Source: Fimbriimonadales bacterium
GTDB lineage: Bacteria > Armatimonadota > Fimbriimonadia > Fimbriimonadales > ATM1
Length of the DNA stretch: 18,302 bases
Direction of reading: 5' to 3'
NCBI GenBank assembly: GCA_041744215.1
Contig: JBGTLG010000007.1
Span: 1-18,302 of the forward strand
The notes under the pieces were generated by a model. It searched no databases, was not told where the DNA came from, and was given only the letters and a program-made list of their open reading frames with translations. Shown in pieces: positions 7,706 to 15,868 of the stretch (its first letter is position 1; every line of letters starts with the position of its first letter). A program made the position numbers and the translations under genes.

Positions 7706-10141
7706 TTACCGCTTGGGTCTGAACCGTGCGCCGACGTTTCCTTCGTCATTGGACTCTTTCTTCGGAAAGCCTGCATCCTCCCGCGGACGGAACTCCGTCT
7801 GTTCCTCTCGCGGTCGTTCTTCGACAGGGCGTTCTTCGGTTCTCGGGCGGTCGTCGCGGTCGCGGCGCTCGCCACGATCTCGATAGCCACCTCGGTCACG
7901 ATCGCCGCCGCGGTCACGGTCGCGGTCTCCTCCACGTCCTCGGTCACCACCGCGGCCACGGTCACGATCTCCACCTCTGCCATATCCGCCGCGATCACCG
8001 CGCGGAGCGCTTGGCGCAGGCGTTGCCGATTCATTTTCCTCAAGCCCTGGCAAGTCTTGTTTCACGCCGAGCGCAGTCAAGTTGATCCGACCCATCGAGT
8101 CGATTTCCTTCACCTTGACATTGAGAATGTCGCCGCTTTGAACTGCCTCTTCGGGTCGGCGGATTCGCTTAACCGTCAGGTCTTCAAGCGTGACCATTCC
8201 TTCTTTGCCTGGCGCATACTCGACCATAACACCACGCCCAAAGATTCTCGTGACCGGCCCGGTGAACTCGTCACCCACTTCAGGTGAAATCATCATTCCG
8301 GTGATCATCTTGCGCGCAGCATCCATCATCGATTTGTCAGTGGCGAGTACGTAAACCTTGCCGTCCTGTTCGACGTCGACTTGTGCTCCGGTATCTGCAA
8401 CGATCTTCTTGATCGTCTTTCCGCCAGGCCCAATCAACTCGCCGATACGAGATGGGTCGATCTGAATGGTCTCGATCCTCGGCGCATTTGGATTGAGCTC
8501 TGATCGAGCTTCGGGGAACGCTTCGTCGATCTTGTCAAGGATGTGGAGCCGCGCTACTTTAGCCTGTTCGACCGCGTCTGACAACACTTTGTCGGGAATA
8601 CCACCCAACTTCGTGTCCAGCTGCATGGCCGTGATGCCATCGCGCGTCCCAGCTACCTTGAAGTCCATATCACCAGAGAAGTCTTCCATTCCCTGGATGT
8701 CGGTAAGCACTGCATACGTCTTTCCGTCCGTCATCAAGCCCATCGCAATTCCTGCGACGGGAGCCTTCAACGGTACGCCGCAATCCAACATCGCTGTCGT
8801 GCTGCCGCAAACGCTCGCCATTGACGTGGAACCGTTTGATTCAAGCACTTCGCTCGTGAGAAGCATCGTGTAAGGAAAATCCGCTTTGGTGGGCAGTACT
8901 GCTCGGAGCGCTCGCTCGGCGAGTGCGCCATGTCCGATTTCACGCCGACCGGGTCCGCGCATGGGGCGAGCTTCTCCGACCGAGTACGGCGGGAAGTTGT
9001 AGAAGTGCATGTAGCGCTTGTCTTCGACCTCTTCCAGCCCGTCGATCATTTGACCTTCTGTCGGGCCACCCAGCGTAACGATGGTCATGACTTGGGTCTG
9101 ACCACGTGTAAACAGCCCTGAACCATGAACCTTCGGCAGCAGCCCAGGATCGACGGTGATCAACCGAATGTCCGTCCATCCTCTACCGTCGGGTCGCTTC
9201 TTGTCCGTGATAATCAGCTCTCGAACAGTCTCCTTGATGACCGTATCTGCGGCTTCAGGAAGCTGTTTTAGCGATGCATCGTCGTCGGCGTACTTGTCTT
9301 GATATCGTGCGACGATCTCTTTGAGCAAGTCGTTTAGCGCGCTCTCTCTCGCGGCCTTATCTGGATTGACGATTGACTCTCGTATCTCCTTGCCGCATTC
9401 TTTCCTGATCGTTTCAAGCAAATCGGGATTGACCTTGAAAAGTGCAATGTCCTTCTTTTCTTTACCGCAAAGTTTGCGGAGCTTCTCAAGTTCTGCACAA
9501 ATCAGCTTGATCTGATCATGCGCAAACTTCATCGCTCGCAACATCGTCTCTTCAGAAACTTCCGAAGCGCCAGCCTCTACCATCATGACGGCATCTTTCG
9601 TGCCTGCAACAACCAAGTCGAGTCGGCCATGCTCCGTCTGCTGAACATTAGGGAAGAGAATGAATTCGTCGTCTTCACCAAGTCCAACGCGAACGGCGCC
9701 AACGGGACCGTCCCAAGGTATGTCGCTGATCGTCAACGCAGCAGACACAGCGTTGAGAGCCAAAACATCTGGCGGGCATTCCTGGTCAACTGCAAATGGC
9801 ATCGCCATGCATTGCACGTCATGCCGCATACCCTTCGGGAACAGCGGCCGCATCGGACGATCGATCAGCCGACAAGTAAGAATTGCCTTCTCGCTGGGTC
9901 GTCCGCCGCGCTTCATGAATCCGCCGGGAATTTTGCCTACGGCGTACTTGCGCTCTTCATAATCGCAAGTCAGTGGAAAGAAATCGAGCCCTTCTCGAGG
10001 GTCTCGGCCCATGGTTGCGGTGCCGAGGACAACCGTCTCGCCCATCCCAAGGATGACAGCGCCGTTGGCCTGCTTCGCAACCCGTCCGACCTCGATCGAC
10101 AGCTCCTTGCCGCCGATCTCGAACGAAATCGAATGTATCAT
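7706..10141 (-). CDS. pnp: polyribonucleotide nucleotidyltransferase (PNPase) with low-complexity C-terminal tail
   Basis: DFFPLTCDY, RLIDRPMRPLFP, RREIGHG, ESNGSTSMAS, DMDFKVAGT, KH domain (IGPGGK) and S1 domain. GGAGG SD upstream. Located downstream of rpsO. Confidence 0.98.
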   Translation of the reverse strand: MIHSISFEIGGKELSIEVGRVAKQANGAVILGMGETVVLGTATMGRDPREGLDFFPLTCDYEERKYAVGKIPGGFMKRGGRPSEKAILTCRLIDRPMRPLFPKGMRHDVQCMAMPFAVDQECPPDVLALNAVSAALTISDIPWDGPVGAVRVGLGEDDEFILFPNVQQTEHGRLDLVVAGTKDAVMMVEAGASEVSEETMLRAMKFAHDQIKLICAELEKLRKLCGKEKKDIALFKVNPDLLETIRKECGKEIRESIVNPDKAARESALNDLLKEIVARYQDKYADDDASLKQLPEAADTVIKETVRELIITDKKRPDGRGWTDIRLITVDPGLLPKVHGSGLFTRGQTQVMTIVTLGGPTEGQMIDGLEEVEDKRYMHFYNFPPYSVGEARPMRGPGRREIGHGALAERALRAVLPTKADFPYTMLLTSEVLESNGSTSMASVCGSTTAMLDCGVPLKAPVAGIAMGLMTDGKTYAVLTDIQGMEDFSGDMDFKVAGTRDGITAMQLDTKLGGIPDKVLSDAVEQAKVARLHILDKIDEAFPEARSELNPNAPRIETIQIDPSRIGELIGPGGKTIKKIVADTGAQVDVEQDGKVYVLATDKSMMDAARKMITGMMISPEVGDEFTGPVTRIFGRGVMVEYAPGKEGMVTLEDLTVKRIRRPEEAVQSGDILNVKVKEIDSMGRINLTALGVKQDLPGLEENESATPAPSAPRGDRGGYGRGGDRDRGRGGDRGRGGDRDRDRGGDRDRGGYRDRGERRDRDDRPRTEERPVEERPREEQTEFRPREDAGFPKKESNDEGNVGARFRPKR
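7845..8003 (-). repeat. degenerate coding repeat encoding the RGGDRDR low-complexity tract in the PNPase tail
   Basis: Repeated CGCGGTCACG/CGGTCACGATC units on the plus strand. Translation is RGDRGGYGRGGDRDRGRGGDRGRGGDRDRDRGGDRDRGGYRDRGERRDRDDRPR. Confidence 0.85.
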
Positions 10142-10398
10142 CTTTTGCCTCCGAACGAGGCTCCTGCCTGGTTTCCTTTCGCTGGGACGGCCCTCAGACG
10201 CGCAGAATCGCGCCTAACATAGGGGTAGTTCGTCTTAATGGCGTGGAGTGCCGACTATTCGGCATAGGGCAGCAGAAACCTCTCTGATTTGACCCCACCA
10301 AGATTGCCGCTCTACGCAAAGGCCCCTCACGGCCGCTCCGTACAACGGCCACCCAGAGGAGGTCGTCGCGGGGAATGATACCCGAGGGACTCGGCGAA

Positions 10399-10680
10399 TT
10401 ACTGGATCTTCTGCTCGCGGAGACCGAGGGACTGCATGATCGCCCGGTAGCGGGTTATGTCAGTCTTTCGGAGATAATCCTGGAGCCGCCGTCGCCTGCC
10501 GACCATTCTGAGGAGACCCATCCGCGAATGGACGTCCTTCTTGTTGACTTTAAGGTGGTCGGTGATCTGGACGATCCGGGCAGTGAGCAGAGCGATTTGC
10601 ACTTCGGGCGAACCGGTATCGGCTTCCTTCAGTCCGTGCTTCTTGAGCACTTCTTCTTTTTGTTCTTTTGGCAGAGGCAT
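10399..10680 (-). CDS. rpsO: 30S ribosomal protein S15
   Basis: [38 protein letters not shown] and LGLR motifs. Start ATG 10680 ([10 protein letters not shown]). Conserved rpsO-pnp order. Confidence 0.97.
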   Translation of the reverse strand: MPLPKEQKEEVLKKHGLKEADTGSPEVQIALLTARIVQITDHLKVNKKDVHSRMGLLRMVGRRRRLQDYLRKTDITRYRAIMQSLGLREQKIQ

Positions 10681-10705
10681 TCCGTCGAGGATTCCTTTTG
10701 CTAGG

Positions 10706-10746
10706 CCCGTGGCCAAGCCGGAGCTTTGCTTCCGACCGAGCCGGGG
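10706..10746 (-). promoter_or_regulatory. candidate rpsO 5' leader hairpin (S15 autoregulation)
   Basis: Minus strand CCCCGGCTCGGTCGGAAGCAAAGCTCCGGCTTGGCCACGGG folds into an imperfect stem-loop with G.U/G-C steps, between a TATAAT box and the start codon. Confidence 0.45.
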
Positions 10747-10760
10747 TACTGCGGATCGCG

Positions 10761-10777
10761 ATTATACCTGCCATAAT
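10761..10777. promoter_or_regulatory. back-to-back -10 boxes for rpsO (TATAAT, minus) and the glycosyltransferase (TGcCATAAT, plus)
   Basis: ATTATA at 10761-10766 and CATAAT at 10772-10777, with an extended -10 TG at 10769-10770. Confidence 0.6.
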
Positions 10778-10786
10778 TTCGGCTCA

Positions 10787-11911
10787 ATGGATGCGGATCG
10801 GCCCAAACTGCGCGTTCGGACCGGAAAGCACTACCCAGTCGAGTTTAACATCGACCACGGGCAACGCAACGCCATCTTCACCAAAAAGAGCCAAACGCCA
10901 TTGCGCCGATACTTTCGCTTCGCCGATGCATTTGGGTTTTATCCAGGGCCCGGCTGGGATCTGATTCACACCATAAACGCGGTGCCGCTGCTGACGCGAA
11001 AGAAACACGTAATCACGTTTGAAGACTATGTCCCCAGGACTCCCGCTCCACGGGGCGATGCGTGGCTGCAACCTTTGCTGCGCCGCAGATTGCTCCATCA
11101 AAGTTGTGTCCGGATCCTTGCGATGTCCGAATACGCGATTAGGGTGTGCAAGACGCAGCACGAAGGATGGGCACACTTAGAAAAGTTGCTTGCAAAAGTT
11201 GAAGTGCTGTACCCCGCCCTACCGTTGCGAGAAACACACCCGAAGCGCGCCGGAGATCGACTTAGGCTTTGCTTTGTTGGCGCAGACTTTATGCGGAAGG
11301 GCGGACCCATTCTATTGCGCGCGCATGCCGAGCTGCGACGGCGCGGAGTTCCGGTCGATACGACGATTGTTTCCAAGCTGCTTTGGTCCGCCGACGACTA
11401 CATAGGCCCTCCGTCACAAACTGTTTACCTCGTCGAAAAGCGTCTCGTCGACGCCGAAGGGGTCAAAGTGGAAACAGGGCTGCCGAATGAAGCGACACTC
11501 CGCGTTATGTCGGACTCTGATTACCTCGTTTTCCCTACATTTCACGATACGTTCGGATTCGTTTCAATCGAGGCGATGGCAGGTGGTACGCCGGTGATCG
11601 CGCACGACACGTGCGCGCAGCCTGAAATCATCGAGGATAAAGTGTCGGGCGTCTTGCTGCCCTTTGATAACTCGCCGATCGGAGACTGGACGTGGCTGCA
11701 CAAGACGCAGAGCCCCGAATACACAGAAGCGTACGTTGAGCAGACCCGCGTTTCATCGATAAACCTTGCAGACAGCTTAGAGCAGTTGTGGGCGAACAAA
11801 GACGCATATGAGGAGATGTCATCCGGTGCAATCGAGAGAGTTCGAGACCGATTCGACAGAGTTAAAGCTCGCGATAGGCTCGAAGCGATCTACGAACTCT
11901 GCCGCGAGTAG
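10787..11911 (+). CDS. glycosyltransferase family 4 (GT-B) protein
   Basis: FVGADFMRKGG and the C-terminal FPTFHDTFGFVSIEAMAGGTPVI...PEIIED..SGVL signature. Start probably ATG 10787, because the longer ORF overlaps rpsO. Confidence 0.9.
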   Translation: MDADRPKLRVRTGKHYPVEFNIDHGQRNAIFTKKSQTPLRRYFRFADAFGFYPGPGWDLIHTINAVPLLTRKKHVITFEDYVPRTPAPRGDAWLQPLLRRRLLHQSCVRILAMSEYAIRVCKTQHEGWAHLEKLLAKVEVLYPALPLRETHPKRAGDRLRLCFVGADFMRKGGPILLRAHAELRRRGVPVDTTIVSKLLWSADDYIGPPSQTVYLVEKRLVDAEGVKVETGLPNEATLRVMSDSDYLVFPTFHDTFGFVSIEAMAGGTPVIAHDTCAQPEIIEDKVSGVLLPFDNSPIGDWTWLHKTQSPEYTEAYVEQTRVSSINLADSLEQLWANKDAYEEMSSGAIERVRDRFDRVKARDRLEAIYELCRE

Positions 11912-11953
11912 CTGCATCACTGCGGACTCGCAGAACGTCACTACAACAATCTG

Positions 11954-12619
11954 ATGCCAACTTTTTGGGGGTTGTTTGACGCTGAAACTTTCGCGACCGC
12001 GGGCGACGTGCTTTTGCGGATCGTACTTGCATTGATTCTCGGCGGAATTGTTGGCTCAGAGAGGGAGGTGCATGGCAGGCCGGCTGGCGTCAGAACGCAC
12101 ATGCTCGTCTGCATTGGAGTGGTGCTATTCGCCGAAGTCAGCCGCTTCTGGGAGGGCGGCGAAGCACGGATAATCGCGAACATCGTAACAGGTATTGGCT
12201 TTCTGGGCGCCGGAACAATCATTCGAATGGGAGTCGAAGTGCGGGGACTGACGACATCGGCAAGCATCTGGGCAGTGGCTGGTGTCGGCATGGCTATTGC
12301 TGCCGGTGGGCCAATGATTTGGGTTGCGGTGGGAGCCACGATCCTAATTCTCATCACGCTGACGGTCGTCAACAAAATAGAATTGCGGATGTTCCCGGGT
12401 TTACATCCGCGAGAGCTGTTGGTTTCGCTTGATTCACGCGAACACGTTATCGATGTGCTTGCTGCCGTACAGAAGACTGGCGCGCATGTTATTGGTGTGC
12501 GCGTTGACAAAGCGGAACCAGGCGTGAAACTCGCGATCGAGGTCCGAGGAAAGTCCGAAAACTTGATACTATTAATATCTGAAGTGACAGGCGTAAGTTC
12601 TGCAAAATGGCAACAGTAA
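11954..12619 (+). CDS. MgtC/SapB family membrane protein
   Basis: GxERE...PAGVRTHMLV, RIIANIVTGIGFLGAG and GLTTSASIW motifs, plus a soluble ACT-like C-terminal domain. Confidence 0.93.
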   Translation: MPTFWGLFDAETFATAGDVLLRIVLALILGGIVGSEREVHGRPAGVRTHMLVCIGVVLFAEVSRFWEGGEARIIANIVTGIGFLGAGTIIRMGVEVRGLTTSASIWAVAGVGMAIAAGGPMIWVAVGATILILITLTVVNKIELRMFPGLHPRELLVSLDSREHVIDVLAAVQKTGAHVIGVRVDKAEPGVKLAIEVRGKSENLILLISEVTGVSSAKWQQ

Positions 12620-12650
12620 CGCGCTCCGAGTTTCTCAACTCGGAGCGCGT
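12619..12650. terminator. hairpin between convergent genes, probable terminator or 3'-stabilising stem
   Basis: Perfect 14 bp stem ACGCGCTCCGAGTT-TCTC-AACTCGGAGCGCGT. No strong U-tract on either side. Confidence 0.6.
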
Positions 12651-12660
12651 GCCGCTTTGA

Positions 12661-13263
12661 CTATCTCTTCACGAGGATGAGAATCAAAATGGCGATTGCG
12701 AGGATAGTGATCAGATCGCGGTCGGAAAAAGAAGATCGCTGATAGGCCACAACGACCGTGTCGCCCGGGCGCAGCGCCTCTGCATGGATCTCCTTCATAG
12801 GAATCACTTCCGACGTAAGCTTTCCGTCGATCATTCGCTCAATGGTGATTGACTCCGTTTGAAGGTTCTCGAAGACAACTGCCTCCTTCAAGGCGTCACC
12901 GGCGGTCATTCCTTGCCGATGGTCGATAGCGCCGGGCGATTGCACCGCGCCCCTAACGACAATGTGCTTCGTTTGGTCGATCGGTTCGACGAAGATCGAG
13001 TCTCCAGGCTCGACAAGAGGCGAGGGACCGAGCTTCGTCAAGTCGTGCACACTCTCAAGTCCGTTTGCGCGAACGATTCGAACACGCTTGAGGTTCGCAT
13101 CGTTCGTCGCCCCCCCGGCCAACGAGATCGCATCACGAAGACGAGTCCGTTCTGCGACCTCGATCGCGCCCGGTTGCGCAACCGCTCCTCCGACGTTAAG
13201 CACTGCGGCGGGTATTGCCGAGACGACCATACCGAAAGCCGCGAGAATTGCAAATAGCCTCAT
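12661..13263 (-). CDS. SLBB (soluble ligand-binding beta-grasp) domain protein, related to Wza periplasmic domains
   Basis: Two repeats (V.GAV..PG......RL.DAI.LAGG.T..ANL..V.I.R ... PGD.I.V), signal peptide, and C-terminal hydrophobic helix plus KR. AGGAG SD before ATG 13263. Confidence 0.85.
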   Translation of the reverse strand: MRLFAILAAFGMVVSAIPAAVLNVGGAVAQPGAIEVAERTRLRDAISLAGGATNDANLKRVRIVRANGLESVHDLTKLGPSPLVEPGDSIFVEPIDQTKHIVVRGAVQSPGAIDHRQGMTAGDALKEAVVFENLQTESITIERMIDGKLTSEVIPMKEIHAEALRPGDTVVVAYQRSSFSDRDLITILAIAILILILVKR

Positions 13264-13613
13264 GATTTTCTCCTTGACACTTTTTTCGGGCACGACCCGA
13301 GTGACCCCGAGTCAGCACCTTGGTATACAGAAGATCAACTGCTTGTGAAAGTTCGCACCATTTTTCACGAAGTTGCTACTTTCTCTTCGCATCGCTGCCA
13401 CACGCCCCTCCGGTTGTCGGTTTGGATGTCATCGTACTTTGCGGTGAAAAAGGGAGGACGTCGCTTTTCTGGACTTGACCGCATCAGCTGGTGAACCTTT
13501 CTGAGTCTAAGGCGAATTGGTGCTGTTTGATTCATTCCTTTTTGCACCATCTGACTCACCGCAGGTAGAGGCAACGCGGGCCGAGGTATAAGAGACTGGA
13601 TTCTGCAGTAAAG

Positions 13614-14360
13614 ATGAAAGCGCGAATTGCTGTCTTGGTTACGTCTATTGGCCTCGTTCTTCTTGGCTCGGCTTGCGAAGCTAAACTCAACGCTGCTGAT
13701 CGCGACGCGGCAAACGAGTTGGCCGCGAATTCAACTGCGGGCTTAAAGGAACCGGAAGTCCAGCGGGAGCCGTGGAAGGCTTATGTTAAAGATGATAACG
13801 TCTATGTCACAACCGGCGACGGGGATACGGTTCAATTGACGTTCGTAGGCAGGGACTCCCGCCCGCTGATTTCCCCTGACAAGACAACGGTCTTCTTCGT
13901 TCGTAAAGTAAGCCCCCCGAATGAGAACGACTCCGGGGACCTGGCGATCATGCAAGTTGATATTGCAAGCATGAGGGAAAGCAAGCTTGCGGATAAAATT
14001 CATCACGAAGAGTGGAACGAAACAAGCGGGTTCCCCTTTGTGCACGGATTTTGTCTTTCTCGAAGTGGTCAGTTCATCTTCTTCATGACTCAAAAGTGGG
14101 CTGTTTCAGATGCCCTGGTAAGGCTTGATACAAAAACCAGAGCACTGACGGTGATTAGTGGTGCAGACTCATTCGAGCTGATTCGAGAAGGGCGACACGA
14201 AGGAAAGTTAATCGTCCTTCGAAGCCAGACAAGAGGTGATGAAGGCAGGACATGGAGCTATTGGCTGCTTGATGCCGATGGAAATGCAATCGAGGAGATC
14301 TGTGACGAGGAGGATGAGGAGGCGCTTAAGTCATTCAAGGCGAGAAACATCGATCTCTGA
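13614..14360 (+). CDS. hypothetical lipoprotein with TolB-like/propeller segments
   Basis: MKARIAVLVTSIGLVLLGSAC lipobox. QLT....DSRPLISPDKTTVFFVR resembles a PD40/TolB blade. Confidence 0.75.
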   Translation: MKARIAVLVTSIGLVLLGSACEAKLNAADRDAANELAANSTAGLKEPEVQREPWKAYVKDDNVYVTTGDGDTVQLTFVGRDSRPLISPDKTTVFFVRKVSPPNENDSGDLAIMQVDIASMRESKLADKIHHEEWNETSGFPFVHGFCLSRSGQFIFFMTQKWAVSDALVRLDTKTRALTVISGADSFELIREGRHEGKLIVLRSQTRGDEGRTWSYWLLDADGNAIEEICDEEDEEALKSFKARNIDL

Positions 14361-14746
14361 TCCCATCTGTCAGTACCGGCTTTGACGAAAGATGGAACGT
14401 CGAGATGATCGCAAGGATTCTTGCGAACCAGAAACGTCTCGAAGTTCACCCATCACCCACGATGTTCCTGCTGTTAGCTTTTTGTATTCTGTTTTTTCGA
14501 GGCTGACTCCGCCCACCCGCCGCATTCTCAGGAAGAGCGTTCTCTGACCTCGCCCCACACCGCTTGGAACCTGGCCGTGTAGCCAACCGTACAAAATCTT
14601 GCGGTGTACGGCCCCGCAAAACGGCGGGATCGCCCCGCCAGGATGGTACATGCTGTTCCTGATACGAGAGGGAACAAGAAAGCCATCGCTCGCGAAGTAT
14701 GTGAAGATGATGCCGAATCCAAGCTATGAAGGAGGTGGATAAGAAG

Positions 14747-15826
14747 ATGAGATTCCGAATGACGATCTCGTTCATGACGCTTGTGTTGGCAACCCTCGCG
14801 AACAGTCAAACCGAGTACAAGGCGACCATCCTCCACCCTGACTGGCTCGGGGGTTCGACGTTCGCCTACGGCGCCGCGAACGGTGCGCAGGTCGGCATGC
14901 ACTCGATCTTTGGAGCGGGAGGATTGATTTGGCGCGGAAGCCCTGAATCCGCCGTCTATGTCAGGCCGTTCAATTCGACCGGCGCGGGCCTTACTGGAAC
15001 GGACGGAACTCGTCACGCCGGTTTCGTCCAGTTCAGTCCTGTTGCCCACGCGGCGCTTTGGCGAAGCGACGACCCGGAAGATTACATCGACCTTCACGGT
15101 GGAGGATACGACAGCACGGTCGCACATGGCATGGGTGGCGGCGAGCAGGTCGGCCGCGGCATTTTCAGCGTTCCGGCTGGTGAAGAGTTCCACGCCGTCC
15201 TTTGGCGTGGAAGCGCGGAGTCGATCGTGCATCTCCGTCCCGAAGGGTCTACATGGTCGATTGCCCGAGCCGCACATTCCGGCAGCCAAGTTGGCGTCGC
15301 GCTGGTTCCGACGGCGCAGGCAGCAGCGCTTTGGCGCGGAACCGCAGAATCGTTCGTGAACCTTAACCCCCCCGGCATCACGAACGCGGAAGCCAACGGC
15401 GTGTTTGGGGGACAGCAAGTTGGACGAGTAGGTGGAATTCCGTCACGCGCGGCTCTTTGGTTCGGTAGTGCTGAGTCCTTCGTCGACCTGAACCCTTCTG
15501 GACAAGGAATGATGTCGGAAGCCTTTGGAACGAACGGCAAGCACCAAGTTGGTATCGCAGGTTTTGTTAGTGCAGGCCGCGCCGTTCGTTGGTCAGGCTC
15601 GGCGGAAAGCGTTTTCGATCTGCATCAATTCCTTCCGACAGAGCTACTGCCGGGTATCTCGCGCGCGAACTTCATCGACGAAAGCGGAGTCATTGTCGGC
15701 GAAGCCGAGAACGCATTGCGCACTCGCCGTTTCGCGGTAATGTGGACGCCCGTCCCCGAACCCGCGACACTGAGCATCATAGCCTTCGGCCTTCTTGCGC
15801 TTACGCTCAGAAAACGGAGAAAGTGA
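14747..15826 (+). CDS. PEP-CTERM sorting-domain surface protein with seven ~43 aa repeats (copy 1)
   Basis: Signal peptide, repeats of the form HAALWxGxAESxVxLxP...QVG, and C-terminal VPEPATLSIIAFGLLALTLRKRRK. GGAGG upstream favours ATG 14747 over 14726. Confidence 0.9.
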   Translation: MRFRMTISFMTLVLATLANSQTEYKATILHPDWLGGSTFAYGAANGAQVGMHSIFGAGGLIWRGSPESAVYVRPFNSTGAGLTGTDGTRHAGFVQFSPVAHAALWRSDDPEDYIDLHGGGYDSTVAHGMGGGEQVGRGIFSVPAGEEFHAVLWRGSAESIVHLRPEGSTWSIARAAHSGSQVGVALVPTAQAAALWRGTAESFVNLNPPGITNAEANGVFGGQQVGRVGGIPSRAALWFGSAESFVDLNPSGQGMMSEAFGTNGKHQVGIAGFVSAGRAVRWSGSAESVFDLHQFLPTELLPGISRANFIDESGVIVGEAENALRTRRFAVMWTPVPEPATLSIIAFGLLALTLRKRRK

Positions 15827-15868
15827 AGCGTTTTTCGAACCCGCGTCATGAAGGAAATGCATAAGAAG

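Noticed and set aside
7625..8287. 220 aa plus-strand ORF rich in A/V/T/S and related short ORFs
   Set aside because: These are antisense or off-frame readings of the repetitive PNPase tail.
10541..10786. N-terminal extension of the glycosyltransferase ORF
   Set aside because: It overlaps rpsO and its leader on the opposite strand. A promoter-proximal ATG exists at 10787.
14644..14660. TGGTAC as a sigma-54 promoter for the PEP-CTERM genes
   Set aside because: The required GC at the -12 position is absent.
15367..15373. C7 homopolymer (also in copy 2) as a phase-variation tract
   Set aside because: Short, in frame in both copies, and explained by Asn-Pro-Pro codons.
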